64,000 nucleotides of DNA, taken from Octopus bimaculoides (Eukaryota). A model generated the notes under the pieces. It did not search any database. It was not told the DNA's origin and saw only the letters and a program-made list of their open reading frames with translations. The stretch is taken from NCBI RefSeq assembly GCF_001194135.2, contig NC_068982.1:38317687-38381686 (forward strand), written 5' to 3'. Each line of letters opens with the position of its first letter. Positions within the stretch are counted from its first letter, which is position 1. Made by a program: the position numbers and the translations under genes. Shown one piece after another: positions 24,721 to 36,692 of the stretch.

Positions 24721-26171
24721 TGAGTAAATTATTGGTGAAGCAACGACAATTTATGATTCTAATGTATAAAATGACGATTAATAGCATATTTATTTCTCAG
24801 CTTTGATAACAATTATATAACTGTTGGACAACAAACACCAGAAATAACAAAATCAATTAACACTTAATCAACAAGACGAAACTCATCATGTTTTAATATG
24901 ATTTTAATACTCTATATATGACACACGTGTCGGGTTGTTACAAATTAAAAATGTATACAAACGAAGGAACATGAATGTAAATGTGTCAATAAATAAATGC
25001 TAAATATTTCAGTCTATAATAATTTTTGCTGTAACGTTGAAACTTATCAAAAGCATATTTCAATGAAATCTGTAAACGTGTGGTTCTTTCGAAAACAAAG
25101 TTCGTAATATGTTACGTTGTTATCATGCCTCTGTAGAAACGAAGAAATGAAGCCACTAACAACATGGTCAAAGTGTATTCGGTGTAACCGGGAATAAAAT
25201 AATTTCTAACAAAGGTACAAAGTCACAAATTTTTAGGGAGGCATATAGTCACTTATATCATCCTCAGTATTTGATCGTCTCCATTCGGATGAAAAGCGTA
25301 ATCGACCCCGATGGGATTTGAAGTCAGAACATAAAGAGTCATAAATAAATAACGCTCTACGAATTCTGCAGCCAACTGCCTAAAGTACAGACTCTGTATC
25401 GAAAACATTTTCTTCAAAATATATGCAAATTATATGTCTCCTACAAAATTTACTGGTAATTATGAGTATGCCGTCTAAATATTTGTTCAGATGTCACATG
25501 ATCGAGTTATCTTTACATTTAAGAATTGCAATATAGAAAATTAAAATAAATGTATATTTTTTTTATAAAATCAAAATAGTATGTCATATTTCTTGCGAGA
25601 TAATTATNNNNNNNNNNNNNNNNNNNNNNNNNNNNNNNNNNNNNNNNNNNNNNNNNNNNNNNNNNNNNNNNNNNNNNNNNNNNNNNNNNNNNNNNNNNNN
25701 NNNNNNNNNNNNNNNNNNNNNNNNNNNNNNNNNNNNNNNNNNNNNNNNNNNNNNNNNNNNNNNNNNNNNNNNNNNNNNNNNNNNNNNNNNNNNNNNNNNN
25801 NNNNNNNNNNNNNNNNNNNNNNNNNNNNNNNNNNNNNNNNNNNNNNNNNNNNNNNNNNNNNNNNNNNNNNNNNNNNNNNNNNNNNNNNNNNNNNNNNNNN
25901 NNNNNNNNNNNNNNNNNNNNNNNNNNNNNNNNNNNNNNNNNNNNNNNNNNNNNNNNNNNNNNNNNNNNNNNNNNNNNNNNNNNNNNNNNNNNNNNNNNNN
26001 NNNNNNNNNNNNNNNNNNNNNNNNNNNNNNNNNNNNNNNNNNNNNNNNNNNNNNNNNNNNNNNNNNNNNNNNNNNNNNNNNNNNNNNNNNNNNNNNNNNN
26101 NNNNNNNNNNNNNNNNNNNNNNNNNNNNNNNNNNNNNNNNNNNNNNNNNNNNNNNNNNNNNNNNNNNNNNN

Positions 26172-26224
<53 letters not shown>

Positions 26225-26387
26225 TATATACTTTTTAGCTGACATTTTATACATACCATCAGATTAATATATCCAGCCTAACATAAAATATTTTCTTAGC
26301 AGGATTCATAAGAAAATACAAAAATAAGTATTTTGATTACTTGTTAACAATTATGTCATAGGTTTATTTTGAAATAATACCCCATTG

Positions 26388-26825
26388 TTAGTTAATATAA
26401 TGTTCATCTCTTGATTTTCGTATTATCACGGGCCAGAAAATAACAAGTATAATGGTAACTAAAGTAATAGAAATACCCGTAACACTGACAATCATTGACA
26501 ATCGGCCTTTATATCGACCTCCTTCGAAATTACCAGCCTCAAATTCTTTGTTCGATTTAATTGATAATAAAACAGCGATAACACCAAATGGTAAGTTAAA
26601 GCAAATGAGAACAACTACTGCTAGGCCGATGTAATTTGTGGTCCGCGGTGGTAAGGGTTGACTCAGTGTGCAATTATCAGGCTGTGTTATAATAACTCGG
26701 CCACATTTCTGATCTGATATTTTCAATGATGTGTAGTGGACCGAGTTTGAACGAACTGGCGTGACACGATACTTCTGGCATGCGATGTTAACTTCATCTG
26801 TCGTTGGGGAGGAATAACACAACAT
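26388..26825 (-). CDS. CD225/dispanin family membrane protein (PRRT1/TMEM233/IFITM-like), 145 aa, uninterrupted CDS
   Basis: P..TNYIGLAVVVLICFNLPFGVIAVLLS...GNFEGG...LSMIVSVTGISITLVTIILVIFW: two hydrophobic segments with a CD225-type loop. CCACCATG Kozak context, in-frame TAA eight codons upstream, AATAAA about 20 nt after the stop. Confidence 0.9.
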   Translation of the reverse strand: MLCYSSPTTDEVNIACQKYRVTPVRSNSVHYTSLKISDQKCGRVIITQPDNCTLSQPLPPRTTNYIGLAVVVLICFNLPFGVIAVLLSIKSNKEFEAGNFEGGRYKGRLSMIVSVTGISITLVTIILVIFWPVIIRKSRDEHYIN

Positions 26826-26971
26826 GGTGGAAAATGTATCCTCGCGTCTTTAAACAGTGGATAATAATTGGTGGTGATGTTCGACCGCGATGCAGGTTGG
26901 TCATTCACTTGGTAGACGAATTTAATGATTCCAGGATTCTTATTATGATCAAGCTATACTACATTGTATAT
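26826..26971 (-). other. Predicted 5' UTR part of the dispanin coding exon, with splice acceptor at 26972
   Basis: Minus strand TTATTATTCATCTCTTACAG|ATATAC. All three frames are closed just after the acceptor. Confidence 0.55.
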
Positions 26972-27189
26972 CTGTAAGAGATGAATAATAAACGTTTTTA
27001 AAAAAGTTGACACCAAACGGGCACATATTTTAGCTAGACAATAACATCATATATGGAGAATGAGAGATTCATTTTTTGTTTTAAATAAAAATGCTGTTCT
27101 GTTATTTCAACATATTTCGAGATCCATCATTAATATCTAATTTATTTTGTATTCGCAGTATTATTGTTCTGCTCCTCTGACTGCCTGAC

Positions 27190-27246
27190 CTTTAGCAGCT
27201 GTAGTGCTCTATAAATGCATTCATTCATTTCATTTATTCTCAGCCA
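27190..27246 (-). other. Candidate upstream non-coding exon of the dispanin gene
   Basis: Acceptor TTTTTATTTTTTTCAG|TGGC and donor AAG|GTCAGG, giving a 218-nt intron. No transcript evidence. Confidence 0.35.
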
Positions 27247-29520
27247 CTGAAAAAATAAAAATAGTAATTAGATATTTCTGTTGGAAGACAATGAAAAAAA
27301 AAATTCTCAGAAATTAACTGGTAATCCATATTCATTTGAGTTTGGATTTCAAATTGATAGTCAGTCTCATTATTCTGCACAACCTAAAAAGTAGAATTAT
27401 ACCAGAGCAATATAAAATACTTTGCAAGTAAAGAAGAAAAAAAAAATGTTTCTAAAATAGCTTCTAAAATAAAATATTCCTAAAATTTTGTTTTAGAGGT
27501 CCATGGTGACCAAACCAATGGATGTCAACCAATGGATATTTCGCATTCTGTCACTAATGTTGGGCTGTATTCATGTCATAAACTAGACCCATCGGCCCAA
27601 ACAATTGTGGTATGAAAGGATGTAATTGTGGATGGAGTTCACTGTTAAAATATAGTTTTACAGTTACCTCGTTGAAGAATCAGTTTGACTATTTAAGAAC
27701 ACAAAAACAGTTACGATAACTTTCGCATATTTCTTCATAATATTAGCTACTGTGAAGTTTCAGTAATCAGTAAACAGACATTTCTATTTAGAAATAAACG
27801 AACGTGAATAAAATACTTTTTTCATGACTTTTTCACGGTGTAATTATTTCGGTCTTGACACAAAGCTTCATATCTAGTCACTTATCAAACAAATACAACT
27901 CTAAAACTATTTATTTTTTAGGTCCGAGTTAATATCGTTTCATGAAGTTGCTGAACATCTTGAGAATTCATTTCCTCACGTTTCGATTGGAATAACAAAT
28001 TTCAATATATAAATATTTTTTAAAGCTTCAATTAGTTTTCTGGTTACTAATAAGCGTTCATTTGAATTGGTGAAAATGTATCGTGAACATTTAAAGGAAG
28101 ATATCTTGTTTGCAGTGTGTTGAACGCAGATGTTTTCGATTTCTGTTTCATTTGCCTGAAAACTTGAAGTGTTGCTAAATGTAAAATAGTGTAGGTGTGC
28201 GTTTATGGAGAACCTTTCAAAATTCTCAAACGTATGATCTTTTTTTAAATACCAACCAAATATTATTCGATACATCTTTTACGAGAGAGTGAATTAGAAA
28301 TACAAAAGTATGTGAAATATGCAATCAGATGTGAAGGATAACTCTTTTTATGTTTAGAAGTCTCTGAAATATAAAAAAATAGAGAGTGGATTTATTTTTG
28401 TAATTATTCAGTAAAAAAATTAACAGTAGTATAACTATTAATAACCCCCAAAAGATCAAGAAATCCGAACAGTAGTGCATATTGTTTCAATTTTAATCGG
28501 ATAGGGGTTGATAACGTGATTGTCTACAAAGCCAGTTGTAGGAAATGGAGCGTAAAATGGATTTAGAATGTACTTGAATGGGTTCAGAACATCCAACATG
28601 CACAGGAATGAGTTACAAGCGGAATTTATAACTTATTCAATCTTTATACTATCAAGTTCTGGTTATTCGGATTAAGAAAACCAGAAAGCAGTTTTAATGA
28701 CTTATTGGAAGAGGAAGGGTACCATTACCATTTGCATACACTGGTGAACTAGTTACGGTGAATGCCTTTAATATTTATCTTGAACTTCTGAAGGTTGATG
28801 CACATAGGAAAAACAAGGTCAGAAAATGTGTTCCATTACGATGTGGATATGAGCACGAAAGAATGAAACATGTGTATAACGAGGAAAAATAGGGATGTCA
28901 AAGGCAAGGAGTGGACCAGAATGAAAATGGTGTATAGAAGAGAAATAGAACGAGGAAATGGACGTCACCAGGAAATACGTTTTGCGTTACGGAATTCCAC
29001 ATTTACAAGATTTACAGAAACGCAAACCAACCAGGATATGCAAATACGCGTGTGTATGAGCGCGCGCGTATTTAAAAAAATTGAAAAGATGGCATTTAAA
29101 ATTTCACATTTTGTATTGTCAATGTACATTTGGTATGTTTTTTTTTGTCTGTATATTTGTGCGTATATGTGTGTGCTTATGTAATCATTCGAAAATAGGA
29201 AGATTTTTTAAAATCATATAATTTGGTTGGACTGAATTGGTCTAGAGGATTTAGATGAAGGTATGTCATATAAGTATGTTAAAACGAAATTGATATGTGA
29301 TTTGTAAGGCTTTTATCTTGAGTAATATATGTACAAGGAGAATTTTTATTGGCATAGCAGAGCTTTATATTAAAAGATTCAAACATGAAGAGAAATCTGA
29401 AGCGAAATGGTTGTACAAAAATTAACTATGATCTTTTTTTAGAGACAAAGAAAAAAAAAGGTGACAATGTGATAATATTTTAGCTTTTATGTGTAAATGG
29501 TAGTTCTAGTAATAAAATAG

Positions 29521-30217
29521 GGACCTTTGTGATTTGACGGGCAACATTTTTTTATGTAGTGTTTTTGGTACCGAAACACTTTCAAACTTCGTATACTTGT
29601 ATATTTTGTGGTATAGAACAAATAATAAATTTTGTATTCGAAGTTATTTCACGTTAAAAATTGTCTTATTTCGATAATTTCAACTAATCACTGACGTCTA
29701 TTCAGTTGAATACAGTAAGTGCTGTGACGGTGTATATGGTATTAATCCCCGTTAGTTCTGACATTTCCGATTAACTAGACTGTTCGTAAACAAAGGGGAA
29801 AAAGCCATCAAAATACTTGAATATTGCCTGCACTTGTTATTGGAGCTACCAGAATTATTAATGCNNNNNNNNNNGAGTGAGGTTATGGGGAAAATATACA
29901 CACACAGATACGCACAGCGTAATTTATTATATAAACAATATATGCGTATAAATTACGATTAAACCGGATGAAATATGTCACAGGGAATAACATTTTTATG
30001 ACCGGCAGCACTGACTGTATTCAGCTGAATAGACGTCAGTGATTGGTTGAAATTACAGAAATACGACAACTTTAACATGAAATAACTTGCGATGTACAAT
30101 TTTTTGTTAAGAAGGCTAAGAGAAAAAGTTGTTTTGTATGACACATTCTACCAGTGTCCCAAGTTTGAAAGTGTTTCGTTAAGAAAACAAGTGTTGCCCG
30201 TCAAATCACAAAGATCC
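29521..30217. mobile_element. 697-bp non-autonomous DNA transposon with long TIRs and a perfect 8-bp TSD (TAAAATAG)
   Basis: GGACCTTTGTGATTTGACGGGCAAC / GTTGCCCGTCAAATCACAAAGATCC, with inverted similarity continuing ~200 bp. TSD at 29513-29520 and 30218-30225. Confidence 0.9.
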
Positions 30218-30719
30218 TAAAATAGTACAAGGAGGTTACAGGGTCACGCCGTTAGTAGGATGGTGAGAGGAGGTGCTATGCTAAGAGAAGTTAAGCTAAG
30301 TTAGGAAGAATGAAGGACAGGAAGAGCGAATGGGCAGAAGAAAGAGATAATTGAAGAGTCAGCAATTAGCGATGGGGAAATCAAAAGCTAAGAATGAAAG
30401 ACGACAGAATTGAACAATAATGAAAACACGATGGAAAATGTAGAAAAATGACAAAATGAAATAATGAAAAAATGAAAAAATAAAAACATGACGAGAAGCT
30501 GAGGTAGTTTGAAAGGTTTTGATAGATTCTAATAAATTACATGAACAGTGAAGAGTGAGGAGGCCCTTGGAAATCTTCGTTTGAAAATCCCAGAACGTTT
30601 TTCCTTTTAATTTTTCATAAGTTCAAAAGTTTAAAAGGTCTAATGGCTTTTTGAGAGATAGATAGATAGCAGGCAGACAGACAGACTGATAGATAGATAG
30701 ATAGATAGATAGATAGGGG

Positions 30720-30960
30720 AGAATATACAAAAAATAACAACAGACGAGGACAGGTGGTGTAAATAACAAAAGTATATATTAGTATGACGCTCGGGAATAC
30801 GGAAAGTCTTTGACGTTTCGAGCTACGCTCTTCAACAGAAAGAATACGGAGACAAGGAGAAAAACACGGAGAAAAAAAATTGAATAGTGTTCAGTCAACG
30901 GTCAATCATAATAATGGCCGATCATAACAATGACTGACCGGAAGTTAGAAATTCTTATTT
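30720..30960 (-). mobile_element. Penelope-like terminal fragment, same family as 4400-4628
   Basis: Reverse complement shares CTGTTGAAGAGC..GAAACGT..AAAGACTTTC..TTCCCGAGCGTCA.ACTAATA; abuts (GATA)n. Confidence 0.65.
30808..30842 (-). ncRNA. Minimal (dimer-type) hammerhead ribozyme motif, variant core CUGUUGAA
   Basis: cttt-CTGTTGAA-GAGC gta GCTC-GAAAC-GTC-aaag, with a palindromic ACGU stem III and a GUC cleavage triplet. Confidence 0.6.
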
Positions 30961-31439
30961 CAGGAGNNNNNNNNNNNNNNNNNNNNNNNNNNNNNNNNNN
31001 NNNNNNNNNNNNNNNNNNNNNNNNNNNNNNNNNNNNNNNNNNNNNNNNNNNNNNNNNNNNNNNNNNNNNNNNNNNNNNNNNNNNNNNNNNNNNNNNNNNN
31101 NNNNNNNNNNNNNNNNNNNNNNNNNNNNNNNNNNNNNNNNNNNNNNNNNNNNNNNNNNNNNNNNNNNNNNNNNNNNNNNNNNNNNNNNNNNNNNNNNNNN
31201 NNNNNNNNNNNNNNNNNNNNNNNNNNNNNNNNNNNNNNNNNNNNNNNNNNNNNNNNNNNNNNNNNNNNNNNNNNNNNNNNNNNNNNNNNNNNNNNNNNTG
31301 GGTAGGGTGGGGTATGTGGGTAGGGGTGGGTGGTGGGTGTAAGGAATTGGATGGGGTGGAGTGGGAAGGTAGAGTAGGAGTGTGTTGGGGTGTGGTGGGA
31401 TGAGCTTATGAGGGGGTGTTGACGAGGAGGGAGAAGGGG

Positions 31440-31472
<33 letters not shown>

Positions 31473-31519
31473 GGATGGATGGATGGATGGATACATAATA
31501 CATACATACATACATACAT

Positions 31520-32120
31520 ACATAGAGGGGACCTGCTGGTCGTGTGTGGTCTGTGTATAGCCTTGTTAGTTCTTGGGTTAATGGGTGAAGTGAGCGCTTT
31601 CGGATCTACAAACTTTCATCAAGCGTTCCATGATGGTTATTACTGCTGCCGTTGGTTAGAGGTTCTGGAGGCAGTAAATGAACTTCCAGCCGTCAAGTTC
31701 ATTTCGGCGGTTGAGGCTGGGCGCTTTCTTCCTGATGAAATGTGCCTTCTTTATTTGTAAGTTGACTGCGTCTGTTCCCCTGGCCAATATCCGGGTGGAG
31801 AACTCCCCATCGCAGTGATGGCGGTGTTGGAATACGGCGCTGGGTGTTGTAGCTCTGTGATGATGCGCTTTCACTCTGACGTGAAGCTGTCGTTTAGTCG
31901 GTCCAATATATTTTTCTCCGCAAGTACAGATCATCTCGTATATCACGTGAGTTTGAAAACATAGCCAGACGCTGTCCGTTGGCTGTTTGGCTTTGATGGG
32001 GCATTGGTTCAGGCAGCATGTGTTCTGGAAGAGGTAGTGTCTGAGGGTGTGGCCCCTCCTCGTGATTCTGGCGTCATTCCTTAGTTTGTTTTTCGCAGCA
32101 CGGAAGGTTGACATATGTCT
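31520..32120 (-). mobile_element. Penelope-like element 3' end with GIY-YIG endonuclease
   Basis: VIYEMICTCGEKYIGPTKRQLHVRVKAH...SAVFQH...KKAHFIRKKAPSLNRRNE. Confidence 0.9.
31587..31628 (-). ncRNA. Degenerate minimal hammerhead motif downstream of the GIY-YIG ORF
   Basis: gaacgc-TTGATGA-aagtttgtagatcc-GAAA-GCGC-TC-acttc, with palindromic stem III. Stems I and II are eroded. Confidence 0.5.
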
Positions 32121-32169
32121 TTCGGTTTTCCTCTTTCTCTTTCTCTACTTACCGCTATCCTTTCGTCGT

Positions 32170-32313
32170 TATCGAAGTTGCTGTTGTTGGTGTTGGTGTT
32201 GTTGCTGTTGTCGCAGTGACTATTGTTATCGTTCTTGTTGCTGTGATAGTGATTGTTGGGATTCCTGTTGTTGTTGTTGTGGTTGTTGTTGTTGTGGTTG
32301 TTGTTGTTGTTGT

Positions 32314-32348
<35 letters not shown>

Positions 32349-32495
32349 TTGTTGGTGTTGTTGTCATGGTCACTGTGGTTGTTGCGGTGGCCGTCGCTGT
32401 TGCCGCCACTGTTGTTGCTGCCGTTGTTGTTCTTCTTGTTCTGTATCCTCTTCTTAGTCTCGCTGCTGCTGCTGTTGTTGTTGTTATTGTTGTTT
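32170..32495. repeat. Compound (GTT/GCT)n repeat
   Basis: Direct reading. Confidence 0.97.
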
Positions 32496-33440
32496 GCAGA
32501 ATCGCCTCCATCGACGTTTGTTTCATGGTTTAAGTGTTCTTTGAAGAAAAACACTTTTGAAAAAAAGAGAATTGATATGAGTTTCTGTAAACGATATTTG
32601 TAATTTCGAGAGGATCGAATTTTTGATGAGATATTTCTTACTTTTATAATTTATACATTAAAAAAAAAAAGACTAAGTTCTTACCCTTTTGATACCAACC
32701 CGTCTGAAAATGCCCCAGGTTTTATGGCACAAACTTCCTGTTTTAAAACGATCTAAATTAAAACCTTCCATCAAAACTCCATAATTTATGTTCCATATAC
32801 CAGCTTAACGACAAAAGTTATTTCAACAATATGCTAACAAAAGGGTTAATTTTCGGATTTTGATGAAACTATTTAAAATACATTTTGAGATATTTTTATG
32901 CAGTATTTCAAAACGTTAGAATTTTCAGTCGTCTTTGGATTTAATATTGGAAGAGACGCAAAACCAATTTATGCAGAAGTCAATGTGTTGATAAATTTAC
33001 TTCGGCATATTACCGGTATTAATTTTATCGACGCGATATTGATGTAAGCCAAAATAATTCCCTACAAATGAAACCTGGAAACTAAAGAGAGGCGACTAAC
33101 TATTAAAATGCATTTATTTTGGTGATCTATTGTTACTGCTAACTGGTCGCCCGCTTTTAAAAATATATCTACTGCATATTTTAAATATTGGTCTAACATT
33201 TTTGTCATAAAACATTAAAAATATTTTGCTTATTTCTAGGAAGGTGTGTACATTTTTTTAGGAGAGGAAAATAAGTAAAGTGTTATTCACGCCTTTCTGA
33301 GAGTATTAGAGGCGCAAGTGAGCTGAAACCAATCATTGCAGTCAGCAATTGAAACTGCATTGTTATCTTGGCTCGCTAGGAACGTGTTGCGACAACCACC
33401 CAGATTTATTCATACCTTTTAAAATTGTTCCCTCTCGGTT

Positions 33441-33590
33441 CGTCGCGCACATATGGTTGTGATGCACGTGACTGGTGTACCCTTATCTGACGGGTAGTCA
33501 CAATGGGTATATTGGGCTTCGTATATTTGTATCCCAGTGTCACGTAAATGACATGCATTGCTCTCTCTCTCTCTCTCTCTCCCTCTCTCA
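33441..33590. mobile_element. Repeat family B fragment (inverted relative to 15688)
   Basis: Reverse complement of the family B left end; abuts AAT repeats. Confidence 0.8.
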
Positions 33591-34699
33591 ATATTAATAA
33601 TAATAATAGTTGTTTCTAATTTAGACACAAGGTCAGAAATCCGAGGATGCGTGTTAGGTGATTAAACGAGCACCAATAATTAATTGGTACTTTATTTTAT
33701 CGACATCCGAAAGAATGGAAGACAAAACAGGTGTTGGCGGATTATAGCAACAAAAACGACGACAGCGATAATGGTTTCTATTTGAGAAAGCTCTTTAGTC
33801 ACTGTACGCTATTCTGCTGCCTAGTTCTAACCCATTAACAAATCTGCTGAATGATACCCATTAGTGTTTGAGTATGTTAAGGACAAATTAATAAACACAA
33901 TCTATGATAAATGACTTAAAGCTATTTAGAAGGGCAATACCAAATTGATAGACCTACAAAAAGTTGTCCATGAATTTAGCTAGGATATAAAATTAAGTAG
34001 ACAAATATGCCTAAACTACGAGAAGAATAATCAAATTAACTGAAACCCGAAAACAATAAATTAGTTCCAGACAATAAAATCAGAGAATTAGAAGAAAAGA
34101 TTCCATGCACATACTGAGAAGTAAATGAATTGATAAGATTATACACGCAGAAATGACGGAAAAAATTAGAAAAAGAATGCTTGAAAAGAATCAAATTAAT
34201 ACTAAAGCTGAACGTAATGCAAAAAATATAAAATATATATCATATGATAAACACATTCGCCAGTTTAGCTATAAACTATTGCGTCAATATATTAATTGGA
34301 AATTAAGTGAAATGTTTGGGCAAAAAAACTACGATCTTACTAACAGGATTCCGAAGTTGCCGCTTTAAAGCCAATATAGAAAAGATATACATATACCAAA
34401 CATACTATGCGCACATGGAAAATATAGCCTCATACAAATAGAGAACTACTATAAAGTAACAGCAGTGGGACCTTAAAAGATACTTAGAGACAAGCAAAGA
34501 GAAAAATTATTAGTTATAAGGGATCATGAGGGAAAAACAATATACATTATATATATAAGGGAACCAATAAAATATAAGACAGAAACTATTTATACCGAAG
34601 AAAAAGATTTAGATAAGGAAAAAGCAAAAAAAAAAAAAGGTTTAAAAAGAAAAGAAATCAAATGTCAGAATCAAAACGGAATTCTAAAACATTATAAAG

Positions 34700-35270
34700 A
34701 ATAAATGGAGAGGGGCAATAAGTCAGAGTGAAATCAAATCTAGCTCAAAAGATCTGAGCTAAAGACAGAGAAGGAAAGTCTAATTTTAGCTGCGCAGGAT
34801 CAATGACTAGCCACAAATAACTGTCAGAACAAAAACAATGATGAACAAAAAAGGCTAACATCAAGTGCGTAATATGCAATTAGAACACCGATTTATGTGG
34901 CGTATGTGCTGCATATGTTGTGTGTGTTATGAAAAAGTGTTATGTGTAGGGTTGTGCTATTAAATTGAAAGTATCTGATGCAGGATATGGGTTGTGTTTA
35001 GCAGATGCATTATTTTGCCAGGTCCTAGATATTTCCACTGACTGGATCGACTCGGCATCTGTGGTTTTTGGCAATATGAAAACACTCCAACGAAAAAATG
35101 GATAGAGAGTGGTACACTCATACGACTAGGCATGACGAAGAAACTGTCAAACTAGAAGGCTCTTGAAACTGAAATATAGACCATATAAAATACGGAAATT
35201 AAAATTCCTCTAGCAATAATAATTGGAGCACTAGCTACAATAAAAATGCCACAAAAAAATTTTTTTTAAA
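34700..35270 (+). mobile_element. R4/Dong-like RLE non-LTR retrotransposon remnant
   Basis: LKTEKESLILAAQDQ*LAT..., IKCVICN, DREWYTH, LAIIIGALATI motifs in broken frames. Confidence 0.6.
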
Positions 35271-36340
35271 TTAAAATATGCGAGGGCTCACAACTTTGCT
35301 CAGAGTACAAAAGTTAGCTCTGTTAGACACAACCCAGATTCTACGTTAGGTGAATTCAATTCAATAGCACACCTCTGCTATGCATATTTTTGCATAACAC
35401 ATAGAGCAAATATTATGCACAAACTTCATTGAATACAATAACACAATTCGCACAACACACTACCAATCATCCAATAATATAAATGTAGTATAATGCAATA
35501 TAATATAGCATAAGATAACGTACTCTACACAAGCACCACATAATAAAATAATACATTCTTACAACGTGAAGATCTGATACTATAATACTTCCTCCATAAT
35601 GTCAACAATTCACAATCTACTTGAATACCATCCTGTTATATATTACTCTCTGGACAACGCACTCGGCAGTATTTCCTCGTATATTTAATGCATTTTTCTT
35701 TTATTGAGTAACTGAACGCCACGTATCCCGACTTTTGTTAACAGTATTTCCTCAAAAGTGAGGCTGGCTCGGTCAGGATTGAAAGGGGATCGGATCAGTT
35801 GCCAAGTTTAATAAAATTAAGAGTCTTAAACTTTTAAATCTTGCCTAATACTATAGTGAAGAAAGAAGGATTATATAAATGCAAACTCTGATTTTTTTTC
35901 TTTCTTTTTTTTCTTTCTGCTCATTAAGGAAGAGGGCACAGAATCGTAAGCGCCATGACCAAAATATTTAGCGGCGTTTCTTCCGGCTCTTTACGTTCTA
36001 AGTTCAAATTCCACTGTTATTTTGTTAGGCGGAGGTGTTTTGCGTGTGTTGTATTTTGTGTTTAATATACGTTATGTCCTTCAGTGTCTGGTGATTATTG
36101 TATAGGACAGTGGTCTTGAAACTGATGAATATCAGCACCCCACTAAACATCTCTCTCTCTTTCACCCCCTCTCTCTCATCCCCTCTCTCTCCTCTCTCTT
36201 TCTCTCTCTCTCTCTGAGTGTATGTATATATACAACACACGTAAAACATCTCCGCTTAACAAAATAACACACACTCAAATACTCTACACAACAAATGACC
36301 GAAACATTGTGACGTTAGAATAGAATAGAAAAAAAAACTT

Positions 36341-36529
36341 ATTTTTTATTTGTTTCAGTCACTGGACGATTGCAACCATGCTGGGGCATCACCTTGAAGG
36401 TTTTAGACGAACAAATTGACGCCAATACTTATTATTTTCAGTTTGGTACTTAGTCTATCGGTCACTTTTGCCGAACCACTAAAGTTACGAGGACACGAAA
36501 CAAGTCAGCACCGGTTGCTGGGCAGTGGT

Positions 36530-36565
<36 letters not shown>

Positions 36566-36692
36566 ACAGGCTTCTTTCAGTTTCTGTCTAGCGACTTCAC
36601 TCATAAAGCTTTAGTCATTAGAAGCTGCTTGCCCAAAATGCCACGCAGTGGGACTGAACCCGGAACTAAGTGGCTGGGTAGTAAACACGCCT
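36341..36692 (-). mobile_element. SINE family C (tRNA head, internal CA repeat)
   Basis: Reverse complement of the 62855-63250 copy. Confidence 0.85.

Noticed and set aside
23447-26267. Long ORFs of 200-280 aa here and near 30930-31523, 39755-40039 and 51786-52200
   Set aside because: Artefacts of reading through N gaps.
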